Of a stretch of DNA of 64,000 nt, positions 1 to 13,138 are shown piece after piece (the stretch's first letter is position 1; every line of letters starts with the position of its first letter). This DNA comes from Lingula anatina (taxonomy: Eukaryota; Animalia; Brachiopoda). The stretch spans positions 11,036,001-11,100,000 of the forward strand of contig CM120649.1 of NCBI GenBank assembly GCA_051362555.1, read 5' to 3'. The position numbers were made by a program, and so were the translations under genes. The notes under the pieces are model-generated. The model had not been told where the DNA came from and did no database searches. It saw only the letters and a list, made by a program, of their open reading frames with translations.

Positions 1-674
1 CACCCAGTTGCTACCAGGACTCTCAAGCGGCAAGGGATTCCTTGGGATAGGGTTTTAGAGTTTATCTTGAATAACATTACAGGCATGGGTCGAAATCAAT
101 CTATTTTGGTTCAGTTTTGTTGTAAGACATGTACCGGTGGGCTGTTGATTCGGTGAGTCATGTACCCTGGTGGTAAGATTCCGATCCATTTGGCCTGGTC
201 TCTCTGCAGGTACATCAGTCTGGGCATAACTCTATATAAAACTATGAGGACCGTTCCGTGCAACAGTGTCTGTGTTTTCGCACAGATTAACAATTTTGTA
301 AAACACTTTGTAAAACACTGCTTAACTCATTTTACGTAATGCAAAATGGACCGCTTGCTTGCAAAATTTCAAATTCTTCTAAGCAGTAATTGCCAACATA
401 TGCATGCCTTTTTTTGACAGAACCATGCTTCGCCAAAGCCAAGATATGACCAGCCCAAAGGAGCACTACCCAATTAAATCACTGCATATTAACACTGCAG
501 CAGTGCAACCAACATGATAGTCAGTTAATTGGTAGCGACACACCTGATCACACACTTCTCCATTCACATATCTTTTATGAGATCGGAGATCTGAATTTTT
601 TTTGAAAAATGAACGTAGTTTACCTAAAGTATACTTTAAAACAGAATATTCCACATAATTAAATGTCAAGTCTG
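1..674 (-). mobile_element. Internally deleted Tc1/mariner-family DNA transposon copy (runs off window start)
   Basis: Reverse complement aligns by eye to both ends of the 45109-46789 element, including the terminus CAGACTTGACATTTAA. It retains a Tc1-like N-terminus (MPRL..QRDQA..IGILPPG) fused directly to the C-terminal region. Confidence 0.75.
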
Positions 675-2643
675 TTTTTAAGATATCACTGTGTATAAGA
701 CTGGGTCGACATTTTGATCCATACTTATAGGCTTTGGGTTTTTCTCTTTCTTAGAGACAAAATTATGTTTATTGAAGGAAATATTTTACTATAGATACAT
801 TTTTAAATCAATTAAAATCATTTAAAATTGATCTCAAATAATTATTTTTTTAAAATTGTTTCGTTAAGATAAAAAGGTTTTACAGTATTGATTGTTGTTA
901 GTATTTTGTTTATTCGATTTGGTCTTATTATAAATTCGTATTGTTAATTTTTTTTCTCTGTTTTATCAGGAAGAAATTTTGTTGTGAATTCAAACTTGAT
1001 TAATTGTTTTTAGATTATCCTGCAATCTCTATAACCATTTATTCTACATAGAGAAAATCGAATATGTCTTCATATTTTAAATGTCAGTACTATTGTTTAC
1101 ATCTAGACTCTAGCTCTAGTATTTTCTATGAGATCTGTATTTTTCGACAGAAAATATAAGTAGCTTCATTGGGACCATGAAATAATTGTCTTCATTCCAC
1201 TTAGATAAATAGAGCTTATTTGTCTTCAATTCTGGTTTAACCTATTAAAGGAGAACAAGGTTATTAAAAATTCACCTGTTGTAAAATACCACTTTCAGTA
1301 TCTTTAATACAGTTCGGAATATCAAAGAATAGTTGAAGTAATATTCGGAGGTAACTCGGAAGTGGGCAGTCATTAGATCATTCAGGATAAAGCAGAAAGA
1401 CGGGGTCACCTCGCACTATTACACTAAAGAGGGAGATTCGATATTTACCTCAGAGGGAATTATACCCGGGGCAGACACCGACTGTATTTCCTCAGTGTTT
1501 AAGATTCCTTAAAGATCTACAAAGGCTGTCCAGCTTCAAGCAAATCACATATCCAGTTTTGGGTCTTTTAGATATCAGAAAATATTCTCTCTTGGAAGGA
1601 GTACTTCTAACTGCAGTAATTTTTTGTAACTCTGTATTTTTTTATGACAAGGTAACATTAAAATCTTTATCCGTGTTCATTTCAAACTGTGTTGTTCACT
1701 AAAAAGAATCCGCCATCGACGCCAAGAACCTGCACGTTATAACAGATTACATAAAACAGTTTTGGCACTGAACAGTACGTGGTTTCTCTCCGATTGGTCA
1801 GCATTATATTCCTTTTTTACATCGTGTTTAAGTACATTAATTAAACTTAAAATACCTCTGAATTAATTTTTTTAGTCTCCCTCATAATTTTAAAATATCT
1901 ATATAATCAGTAAAGTACAAATCAATAGTTAATTGCATCTTGTCGCCTCTCTTGTTTTAAAGACGTAACAATTTAATGTCCAATACTTTTATTACAATCA
2001 TCTATTCTTAGTTGTATCATTACGGCTTTAATTTAAAAGTGGAGCATGGAATGGGACACAGTGGGCACATGCTTCTCTCATACTTTTTGATGAATTCCCC
2101 TTTTAAAAGCAGTATAAATAACAAATGGAAAGACGATAGAAACCAATATTCCCGCCATTGTTCCCTATACGCTACAGTAAAATTGATTTGTTCTACTGAT
2201 TTGTTTCGTTCAGCAAAGTGAGACCACACCCTCAGCTATACCCTTAGATCCACAAGTGTTGTGAGTCAAAATCAGACTGAATGGTTAAATACATGTAGTT
2301 GTCATAATTTAAACTGTAGAGTACTAACCCACAATAGAAGAATTATGCAATGTGAAACTTAAAATGCATCACTTAAAGCAAGGACTTGTACATGTATAAA
2401 ATGGAGATGTAAAGCTTTTGGGGTGGTGTCTCTGCCGCTCATTCCTTGGGCAGTAAAAAGAATGCTGAAAGCGATGGGAAATTTCATATCGGTCCAAATG
2501 TATCTTCAAATGAAATGTAAAATATTTTAAATTACATTGCTTTCTTGAAAGAATCGTTCATTTTAATTTATCGATGGCTTTCCACGAAGTTGCTTTCGAT
2601 GAACTTATGAAGAAAATCCGACCAAAACTCACGCTGAATGCTG

Positions 2644-2692
<49 letters not shown>

Positions 2693-3498
2693 ACGGTGAG
2701 AGGTTTGATATTATATGAAACCTACTTCTGATCTACTTTACCCTCTATTTTCACTTTATCTCTTTTTCTCTGGCTGATATTGATTGGTCGTGAGCGTGGG
2801 AAAATACAGGTTGTACTTCCTTGTAGTGCATTGAAATCCCAATAATTACTTTTGCTTTCTAATTTGCTTTATTCTATAGGTTTGACAGCCCAACCCCACA
2901 ACAATTTACTACAACACAAATCTGATCACACTTTTACTTCAAACCTTTCCCTATACAACTGTTTAACCCACTTACAATAGGCTGCCTTAAAAAAAACATT
3001 AACTTTTATTGCCAGCCAGTGTATAACATATCCAATTTCTGTGACGTAGATTGTGTACTTCATTTATTAATCCATTAGCTTAATGCAGGAATTTCCGAGA
3101 AGTAAAGCACTGCAATTTCTTTTGTCTCAGGAAGTAGCTTTAATCTGTACAGTACTAGTACTGTTGGTGCATCTTTTCATTTAGGCCTATTTAGTTATAG
3201 AACTTTACACTGCTTAACAAAGGCCTGTGGTCTGCATTTCCACTTGCGGATCAGTTTTAGATTTACAAATATATTTTTCATCACTTTATCGTCGAAAGAA
3301 GGAATAGAATACCCAGGATAACAGGTAATTGTATCTCAAAAAAGGACTAAAAGTGCAAACAGACATACACATATCGGCCGACAAGCATTTTTTTTTAATA
3401 TCCCCGCAAGGGGATTCGGAAGTAAGAAAGAGCACTTGTCAGAGCTCAATTCAAAATCCCTACACCTCTGAAGAAAAAAAATAAATATGTATTTTAGT

Positions 3499-3634
3499 TA
3501 CCCTCTGCCAAGGTGGCAGATATGAGCAAATTTTCTAAAAAGACAAGTCAGAAAATCAAATGACATTCTATTTATCTAAAGACATATCTGTGAATGTCTT
3601 GTGAAAATTCAATCTGCCGCCCTGGTAGAGGGTA
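3499..3634. mobile_element. MITE with TACCCTCT(A/G)CCA.GG.GGCAGAT inverted termini
   Basis: Imperfect terminal inverted repeats; relatives at ~62228-62361 and, truncated, at ~20676-20735. Confidence 0.6.
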
Positions 3635-4089
3635 CATTTTAGTGGTGCACACAGTTGACACTATTTTCTCCAACCTGCAGAGCAGTACTCTTAACCAGCA
3701 ATAGTGTTTCTGTCCACATTTTTTCATATGAAAACTTTGTTAAGGTAATTATTATTATTGATTAATAATATACCAAACCATACATATACATGTAGAGTCA
3801 AGATAAGATCTTGCTCTTAATAATAATAAAAAAAGAAAAATCTTGTTGGGACAGAAGGATTCGGACCTAGAACTCGAGCAGATTCCGCAGCGTTAACTGT
3901 TGCACTATACAGAATCCAGTGATGGTTCTTTAGTAAAAAACCGTGTACATGTATCATACATCAAGTCAATATTGATTGGACCCTGCACATGCAGAACAGG
4001 ACTGATTATAAACTTATAAACTTAATAAATCCTGTGGAATGTTTTTTTACTGGTATAAATAGGTTTCTTGGGGTAGTAGGTATCATCAC

Positions 4090-4403
4090 CAATGCCGTAA
4101 CGGATTTAGGGGGCTGTCGGGGGTGTCCTGACCTCTACCCCCCTTCGATTTCTGAAAAAAAAATCACACTAGTGGTCCCCTCTTGTAATTAGAATTTTTA
4201 CTAGTATAGCTGAATCATAGTTCTGAATCGGACCAAATGACACCGTTCGCCCTCTAAAATACCAAAACTTTTCGGGGCTCGCCGAAGGGCCCTGAACCCC
4301 ACGCCAAGGGAGGGGGTGGGGGCAGGGTCGCCTTTGCATCCTCGGCCTGTCATACCTAAAAACGTTATACCCCCTCCTTCAAATAATCCTGGAACCGCCC
4401 CTG
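4090..4403 (-). mobile_element. ~300 bp non-autonomous DNA element (CAGGGGCGG-terminus family)
   Basis: Reverse-complement similarity to 20164-20456 and 61587-61884; ends in CCGCCCCTG. Confidence 0.6.
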
Positions 4404-5512
4404 TATTGAGTGGTAATTGTAAGGAAATATTTCTCGTGTTCAGTGTTAATAAACTGTTACAGCTCAGTGTTATGCATAGTCAGTGTTACAGACAGTGTTA
4501 TGCATAGTCAGTGTTACAGAAAAACACCAAACCTAAACAAATCTTGAAATATCAAGAAAGGCCGACTTTTGTACATGTAGTTCACAATATTCAGATGTAG
4601 AATAATAGCTATAAAATGATCCCAGCCAGTTCAAGCGTTATGGCATTTTTTCTATTAACAGTTGAGAATGGGTTACTGCGACTAATTGAAAAAGGGTATT
4701 AGGGTATTCCCCCTAAGTTCTGCCAATCAATGCTTTACACCTTTCTTATCAGTTCTACCAGTCGTGCGATAAGGTGTACGTGACAAGGTGAGAGAGCTGG
4801 TGTTGTTGAAATACTGAAATGTGAATGTGATTGCCCCCTTTAAACGATAAGTAAGTGTATAAGCAGATTTAAATGTTTTTTTCTTTTAGATAGTTCACAT
4901 TGGAATGTGTGTAATCTTCTTGTACTGTTGTCTCAAATATTTCATTTACCATTACATGTTCTTACGTTTGATTGAAAAAGGTCACTGTCTCGATTTGAAA
5001 TTGGGTATTCCCCGTATCTTCTGCCAATAGTGGATAGCACTTCTTATAAATTTCAAACAAGGTTGTCTGATTAAAGTTATATCTTTGAAGAGGAGAGAGT
5101 ACGTGCATAAGATATAAAACAAAGTAATAATAAAATGAACAAAAATCTGAATAACAATCGGAATCAGTGCTGTCCAATTCCAAAGGAGTTCAACGCCCGA
5201 GCAGAAAGTACTACCCAGCACGTTGATAAGATAGATATTTTTGGCATTTGGTCTCTTTAACATACAGGACCCTTGAAATAATTTGTGCCAGGAGTAACTA
5301 CATATCTTGACCGTCTTTGGCGAAAATGTACCCTAAAAATAAATCCGCCCGATGCACATTACGCCGGGCAAATTACTATTTGCAAAAGTTGGATAGAGTC
5401 AAATTATGCAAACCTTTTATTCTGTAGATTATTTTTAATTATGTATAATAACTAGATGTATAAAAATTTAGTTCTTGCTTTGTGAGGCACATAAATGAAA
5501 TGCGCCATATAA

Positions 5513-5573
<61 letters not shown>
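5513..5573. repeat. (TTA)n microsatellite
   Basis: Direct reading. Confidence 0.95.
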
Positions 5574-5574
<1 letters not shown>

Positions 5575-6872
5575 GAATCGATGTGACAATAACATATTGC
5601 TGATCATTATAAAAAAGCCTGCATCCTATAAACCTTTTCCCATTCTGTTTATTAATAAGTCCTTCTAATCTTGAAGAGCTTACCACAGTGGTAGCCCATG
5701 ATCTGTGCCTTCTACCAGGCTCACAGAAAGAATTTTTAGACAGTTTTAGACATAATGGGAATTTTATATTGGTTATTTACATAATGCTTTTCGCAAGATA
5801 TGATCTATCTCAAAGCAAAATGGCGCAGAACTCCCCACCGTTCAGTTTTCTGTACCGGTATATAATTACTTGGAAAGGTTAGAAGCTATTTCAAACGACA
5901 TTGAAGGGGGGGGGGGGGTGCTTTACACCCAGGGCATTGAAGGGTAGGGGCGCTTTAAACCCAGGTCATAGCAATTTTCAACTTTTAGAGAGTAACTTTT
6001 GATTCTCTAGTTTTAGAGTTACCCCACGAACTCACTGCATGTATAGTTACTTAGGTTTTCCACTCCGTAGCATCTCTTTACATCAAAATCTAAGTTAGTC
6101 TTATCAAAATTCCATAATAATAATAAACGTGATGTTGCTGCAAAAAGAATCTACATGTATCTCCTCATATTCATGCATTTCCGTCTCAAACACAATGTAC
6201 CATATAATCATTCTCGTATTGAAATATCCACAAAAATGTAGTCATGGGGAATTTTATTTATGTTTTATGTGCATCGTTACATTTTCGCCTCATTTACTAA
6301 TGATAACAATTTATTAAGCGCAGAATTGTTTTTACATCTAAGGCTCAGCGTCATAAATATACTACATACATGACGCATTGAGTCACAGGGTGTTTTATTT
6401 GTAGGGTGGGGGTTATCAACAGCATTTACCGATAACTATTGATAACGTGTTGGAATGCTGAATGGGACAAATAACGTAAACATGTCGCTGCACACCGCAT
6501 TATTCTTTAAGCCACGAGTCACTGTCACCATTTTAGCACGAGGGGATTTTTTTGACGACTCCTTTTTTGAAAGGGTCGATATTTCAACTATGCCGTCATT
6601 TTACATGAAAAGGGCCCTCATTGATATTTGCACGATCTTTGCAAGTTAACTCTCGAACAGAAGGGTTTACTGTATTCACGGGCACATTGAGACCCGTAGA
6701 TCATCTCCAGAGCAATATACAGCGAGAGGGCGATCTGTGCGGTATGCGACGGATAAGTAACTGAGTAACAGAAGGTTCAGTCTTACGAGTGTAGACTAAA
6801 TCGATTATGCTTGCTATTTAGACATATCAGCCAATATATGGAAAGGGGGTGCATATGGGTATAAGGTAGATA

Positions 6873-6980
6873 CCCAGCAAACACGTCACGTTGGTACCAC
6901 GTGGTTAATCCGTCTCTATGGCGTTATAATGCGGTAGCAACGTGCTAGCCCCGTGATCCGGACGTGACGTGTTTGCTAGG
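6873..6980. mobile_element. Small MITE, TA-flanked
   Basis: TA|CCCAGCAAACACGTCACGT ... ACGTGACGTGTTTGCTAGG|TA; 19 bp inverted repeat with one mismatch. Confidence 0.7.
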
Positions 6981-7305
6981 TATGGGAACAATTTCGCTAC
7001 GCCACGCAGGTCACAGGGAAAGAATTCCTTGATTTTCTCCGGTTTGTCTTGTTCCCGTGGCCATTTTAATTTGGAGGAGGGGGGGGGGGGAGGGGAGGGT
7101 ACCTCGAAGCTAAGGGAAGGGGTCAAGGGTAGCAGACAGTACATAACCAAAATATTTTACTGATAGTCCTAAGCATGTTTTAAACTACTTTCAGATTGTG
7201 AGAAAGGGAAGCGTATCTTGATCCCGGAACGTATTTAACGTTTTCGCTTTGCTTTACCTCCTACTTTCCTTACAAATACACCGCATTTGCATTCAAGACC
7301 AGAAA

Positions 7306-10300
7306 ATGTCGGGGAAACCGAGCAGCCAGGTGGAAAGAAGAAATAACCCACCTGAAGGGGAAGGGGAGCGGAGAGCTACAACGACCGGTAATCAGTTTAA
7401 CTAAGAAAAATATTCTGAACAAAAGAGTCTTCATACCTGCTAGTTGTATGATTGTCTATACTTAATAAACTTAAACAACTTAAACAATTGTTTGGTTGAC
7501 CCATTTGAACTATGTTTTAATTCATAACTCTTAACTAATATCATATATAATATATGAATATACATGTATGGTATCAGGACAATTATCTCCGGCCAATCTC
7601 CCCCCCCCCCCCAGGACATTTCCCCTTCCACCCGGAACCCCCTCCCCCCCCCCCCCCCCCCGTATTAAATATTATACAGGAAATTAACAGCGTGATATTA
7701 AAAAAATTATGTCAGCCTTAAATCAAAATGCATCCCCAGGTAGAGGTGGGGTTAACAGATAATCTCACTCATCTAGGTATCCTTCTGATGAAATGACACT
7801 TTTCATCGTTTACCCCCCCCCCCTCCATATACACTTATACGTATCCTTTATCACTTTGTCTGCCTTGAAAGGTGCATCCCGATGTCAGAAAGAAGTGGGG
7901 TAAACAAATAATCTCACTCATCCTGGTATCACTTTGACGAACTGACAGTCAGGTTTAGTTGTTTCACCACTACTCTCTGACATGAAAACAGCTTTCGAAA
8001 TTTGTTTTCTTTTTGTAGTTTCATTATTATTTTTATTACGTACTCAACTTATTATTCAGAAAACTCAATAAGATCAAACAGAGTGTAGATAAAATGACAT
8101 TCGTTTGCTTTTAGAAAAACGATAAAATGGTTACGTACTCAACTTATTATTCAGCAAAACTCAATAAGATCAAACAGAGTGTAGATAAAATGACATTCGT
8201 TTGCTTTTAGAAAAACGATAAAATGGTAGCATCTGTTGGATTAAAATGACATGTAATGGCAAATTAAAAAAAATTGCATCGATAACATCTAATAATTTAA
8301 GATTACATGTGCCTCTCAGGTCTGTTTAAGCGCGTAACTGAACTTCCAGATTCTTATAACTAACAGCCAATCCTTTTTTATTTTTTGTCTCTTTTTCATA
8401 TTCAGTAAAATATCCAAGAAATGTATTAATGCCTCAAATAGATCATTCAAAAGCACTGTATTATTCTCAAGGATAGTGGGGTGTCTAGGGGAGGGGGATT
8501 GTCCTATAACCTAGAATAAAAATAATAAAAACGTAAGCCGCAGTGACGAGATCAACATTTCATTCGTAGCTATAATTATGTGTACAAAGTCCCCATTACG
8601 ACGTAAACGAAATGTTATATTGTGACGTCCCAGTGTGACGTAGCAATGAAACTACTTACTAAGTGCATTTGCATGTCATCTAACCAAAATGAGTGACGTG
8701 TGATAAACGCATGATTTGCAATGATTTCACTGACATGTCATCCTATATTTTAGTGAGCCGAGACTCAACACGTGACAGTGGCTTTGGCAGCGCTCGCTCA
8801 TCACGAGTTAGTGAGACGTCTGCCTTGTCTACGCCCGAAGTGCCCGAAGAAGGAATAGTGATCTTGGATGGAACTGACAGTGTTTTAAGTAACGTACAGG
8901 ATACTGCAGGTCAAGATACCAGAACACCCGAAGAAGCTCCGGGTTTTCGAGATTCGCAAGGGACGATATGGGACAGTGAGGGGATCTATTCCATTCCTTT
9001 AAAAACACGTACGTCTCTCTGTTTTCTCTTTTTCTATGAAAAGTGTATGACTGCGTGGTATAAATCGGATGTGAAGGAGACAGCATGAAGTCGCCCTTGG
9101 TTTCAGCGGTATCCTGTTCACCTCCAAACACGATCACCTTTTTTTTGTATTTGCATCTGTACCTGCCCCCTTCCCTACCCTTACCATTGTCCCGAATCTG
9201 CCGGTGTAAATACACGGGGGCCTATGGAAGGCTCATAAATTGAGTATCAGTGAGGATACGATCTTCTTTTATTATGCATTATTTTCATAAAGGAATTTGT
9301 CATTCATAGTATAATTAACAATAAAAACTAAATGATAAAATAGGGTATAAATGTAATGTTTATAAAGGAAATCAAGGCCGTAAAAGTGTTAAGATACTGG
9401 ATGTATATCATTCGTTTTTTAGTGACAGTGGCAATGAAAGTTCAAATTGACACCAGCTGCGGGGCATCCGAACCCACTAAAACTGGAGATGCCGAAAGCT
9501 CGTGGTATCACGACCAAGGAATTCACCATGTCAGCGAAGATATCCCATCTTTCGAAAAATCCTTTGAAAATGTGGGCGTATGCTTAACTCTAAAAGACAT
9601 AAAGACGGGCTCCATCATCATCAGCTTGGTTCCCAAAGATGTTGAATCTCTGAGAAAATTAGTTGAAGCCTATAGAAGCGGCGAGCTGAGAGAGACTCTT
9701 GAGAAATCTCTCATTTCCGAGAAAATGCGAGAGGCAGCAAGACGAGAGGGAAAGAAGTTGACTCTTGAAGTGACCATTAACGAACCAGAAATACTCGGCA
9801 TGATTGAGCTAATGGAGAAGTTGAACGAAACTGAGGGTGCAGAAGGTAAGAAAATCTTCGTGTCAGAACACTAAGGAACAAAATCTTGACTTCTCGATTA
9901 TTTCCTGAAATTTCCTACTTTGAAACATATCATTTGCATTGTAACATGGTTTTACAGTGCGTTACGTGCCTTACAGGGGACACTGGTATAACAAAATTGT
10001 GGTTCACGTACTGCGCTGCCCTGAAAATGTGGTTCTGGACACCGTACGAAGAGAAACATATTTGGATGAAGGTAGGCGCAATCTTTTTTTTTTTTTTGAC
10101 AAAATACTACTGAAATACAATTTTTCCTGCCACGTATCTGTTTTCGTATTTTATACATGACCAAGGCGAAATACAGTGTGCATATTACGCACTTCAAGTG
10201 TGTTTATGTCTTTTAAAAATTAATTGAAATATAAAAATCGGAGTTAAATGAAAACACCCAGGCTATACAGTCTACTTCAATTCGACACAGGTGAATCACA

Positions 10301-10848
10301 AAAGAGTCTTGTCGGGGCTGAAGTCGGGTGAGCAGCCAAGTGCTAAGAACCTAAAACTAATGGCGTATCTTCAAGAGAAAAACCCGCAACTCCCTGGACA
10401 ACACGTGGACTGTGTCATCTGTAAGTACCAGTACATGTACCGTAGGTGAATATCCTTGACCGAGATACAAGTATCTAGGTCGCCGGTTTTCTACAGAAAG
10501 GATGCTACGTATATTTGCAAGTTCATTTGTCACCTGTATTTGTAATGTAATTACATGATAAATGATAAATGGAGAATGCCAGAAAGCGGGAAATGTAAGG
10601 GCGTAAGATGAAAAAAGAGACAGAAAGGTCAGAGAGTTACCTTGAGCAAGGACGGGATAGACCTATTCGGTGGGTACTGAGAGAAAGAGATAGAGAGACG
10701 AGAAAGAGAGAGGGGGGAAATGTATTAATTCAACATGTCGTATCTTTTTTCCATTCAGGTGATCTTCGAAGACAAAATCTGGTGACATATGAAAAATTGT
10801 CCAGCAGTGAAACTGACCATGGTAAATATATAAAAATGGAATATACAG

Positions 10849-10917
<69 letters not shown>

Positions 10918-11162
10918 CCCTTAATCGTCGCCTTTATCATTTACATAATTCATTCATAAAATTACTTTCCATAAACCCAACCGCAGGGGCGGTTCCAGGA
11001 TTTGGTCTCTAAACTTGTGGTTTTGAGTATTTCTTTTATTGGAGATTGGAGGTTACGCATTTTACTGAGAAATTTAAAGCTCGTTTATGGATCGAACATT
11101 GCAGTTTGGGCTGAAGTATACCTTGGTAATAAAAAGAGGAGTGGTGTGATGTGTGGAAAGAA

Positions 11163-11221
<59 letters not shown>

Positions 11222-11888
11222 CAGTCAATATGCCTTTAAGGAAACAATAATAATGATCGATATAAATGCCTTATAGTAAAATGAAGAAAGCGTGTTGGGA
11301 ATTTTATCACGTCCGTCGTTCCGGATAAAAATAAAGACAAAATAAAAGCACTTCATAAACTTTTGAAAGCAGTGTTACACTTTCTTCTTCATTGCAAAAG
11401 TTGGAAAATTTGGAAAATCAATATTGGTAGGAAAAGTAGAGGTAATCAATGACTATTGTGGTTTAAATTAGAGATATCCAAACAACTGTTATTATTGTTG
11501 AATAAAATTAATCCAAAATGAGTTTTTTGTAAAGTGTTTTAACTTTATAGCAAAAAGTTTGGTGGTGGCTGTGTGTGTGTCTGTGTGTTGGGGGGGGGGG
11601 GGGGCTACATATTATAGTAAAATTCTCCGATAATATTTTAAATTTGCCGAACGAGGTGAGGTTAAACTATTAATTCTTGTGACCTCAACAACTTCAACTT
11701 ATCTTTGTTTCCGATCCACTTGTGAAAATGTTGTATAACTGCTAACTTTTTTTCTTATGTTCATCATTGCAGCAGAAGCCAATGAGCCAGAGACAGACAG
11801 TGGGACAAAACGGAAGCATGCTGCCGCGGCGAAGAGCGAGGACATTCAACAACTGCCCAACGGGTTCCACAACGAAGTGGACAGCTAA
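7306..11888 (+). CDS. Gene A: 7-exon protein (~376 aa) with acidic N-terminus, TRADD-N-like domain and uncharacterised Trp/Cys C-terminal domain
   Basis: Exons 7306-7387, 8754-8975 (alternative in-frame donor at 9008), 9423-9845, 9977-10071, 10291-10420, 10759-10821, 11773-11888. All junctions are GT-AG and phase-compatible, 1131 nt in total, ATG to TAA. Exons 3-6 are paralogous to gene B. Exon 1 is the least certain. Confidence 0.75.
8036..8226. repeat. Near-perfect 95 bp tandem duplication in gene A intron 1
   Basis: 8036-8130 is repeated at 8131-8226 with a 1 bp insertion. Confidence 0.9.
9423..9845 (+). CDS. Gene A exon 3: TRADD-N-like domain
   Basis: LKDIKTGSIIISL..KDVESLRKLVEAYRSGELRETLEKSLIS resembles the metazoan TRADD-like N-terminal domain pattern (GS-hydrophobic strand, helix, SG-x-L helix). 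Phase 1-1 exon. Domain name is from motif recognition only. Confidence 0.6.
10851..10915. repeat. (TA)n microsatellite (another at 11166-11220)
   Basis: Direct reading. Confidence 0.95.
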
Positions 11889-13138
11889 ATTTTATTATCA
11901 GAATATACTTTTAATTTGACATGTAGCCAATGAACTTGTTTACTTATCCAACTCGGTAACAATTTAAATTTTAGCTCTGTATTCATTATGATACATGCTA
12001 TACGCCCTCCGTTTATCATACGAGGAGAAATCTCTCTCCCACTCTCTTGCAGCCACCAACTTCAAAAGAGAAAACTGAGTTTTTCAGCATAGAATTTATA
12101 AGGCCTAAACAAGGAAGTTTTGTGTGGAAATTTGGGTTAGTCTGTAAAACTGATGAATAATTGTACCCGTGATTAATAATGTTTTAATACGGTACTTTCC
12201 AGATAGTGGGTGTATAAATATATAGAAAACTTTTAAAGCGATATTTAGAAAATAAAGCGCCCCACTAAGAGAGGTACGTATCTTGGGCCATAAAAGAAAT
12301 TGAAAATCAAACACACAAGGTAAGACTGTATAGTTTGCGCTTTACTGTAAATAACAACAAGCAAAAATGACTATCAAGTGATATCTTTTACAACATATAA
12401 CGAACATGTGTGCTGTTTTATTATATCATTTTCGATTTTTAATATAATTGCAGGCACTGTATATATTCTCTAGCTTTCATTTGTAAACATCCGATCAGTG
12501 AAAACCTATATGGACCTATATGAGGAGGTATTATTTGATATAACGTACTTTCCCTAATGTAACGTCTTAGTTATTTAGTGCAGATAAATAAATCAAGCAG
12601 TACGAGTGCACGTTTTATCGTATAATACATAGCAACCAAATCTTTTACTTAGCAAGTGTTTGAATGGGGTCAACATTTCAGATAGAGTTCCTTTTAATCT
12701 GAGTCTCGGGAAGGTTTGCTGGTATCCTGATATCGACTTTCTTCTTTAAGACACCAAAAGATTACAGCTAAAAGCAAGCTCTATACAATTTGCCGCCCTC
12801 ATGTCCGTGACCGTATTTCACCCCCCCTTTTTTTCTCGACCCTTGTTCTGCTTAGAAACAAGCTCTACACAATTTGCCACCCCCATGTCCATTGCCATAT
12901 TTCACCTATCTCCCCCCCCCCCGTTTTTCTCGACACCTTGTTCTTTATCGAATAGTGTTACTTATTATACCATTTTGGATTGCTTTAAGAGTTAGTAGAT
13001 AAGATAAAAGGGATACGCCCCCTTCCCCCATTTTGTAGCACAGGCTTTATTCCTTTTCCCTCCACCCCCTCCCTTTACCCCATCAAAACAATGACCAAAG
13101 TATAGTAATTCAGGCAATTTTTATTTATTTCTGCCAAC

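Noticed and set aside
2646-2691. Long poly-A as a retrocopy tail
   Set aside because: No upstream ORF, polyadenylation signal or target duplication could be identified.
3840-3910. Degenerate tRNA-like or SINE head on the minus strand
   Set aside because: Boxes are too decayed to call with confidence.
7730-7950. Two ~70 bp imperfect repeats, one containing CTGATGA (hammerhead-like)
   Set aside because: No correctly placed GAAA or stems; the second copy lacks the motif.
9356-9422. ATG start of the 172 aa ORF 9356-9874
   Set aside because: This part is intronic read-through; a good acceptor lies at 9421-9422 and similarity to gene B starts after it.
10608-11250. ORFs with YIYIYI runs (also 24754-25064, 50492-50698) and the poly-N ORF at 5468
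   Set aside because: They are translations of microsatellites; only 10759-10821 is a plausible exon.
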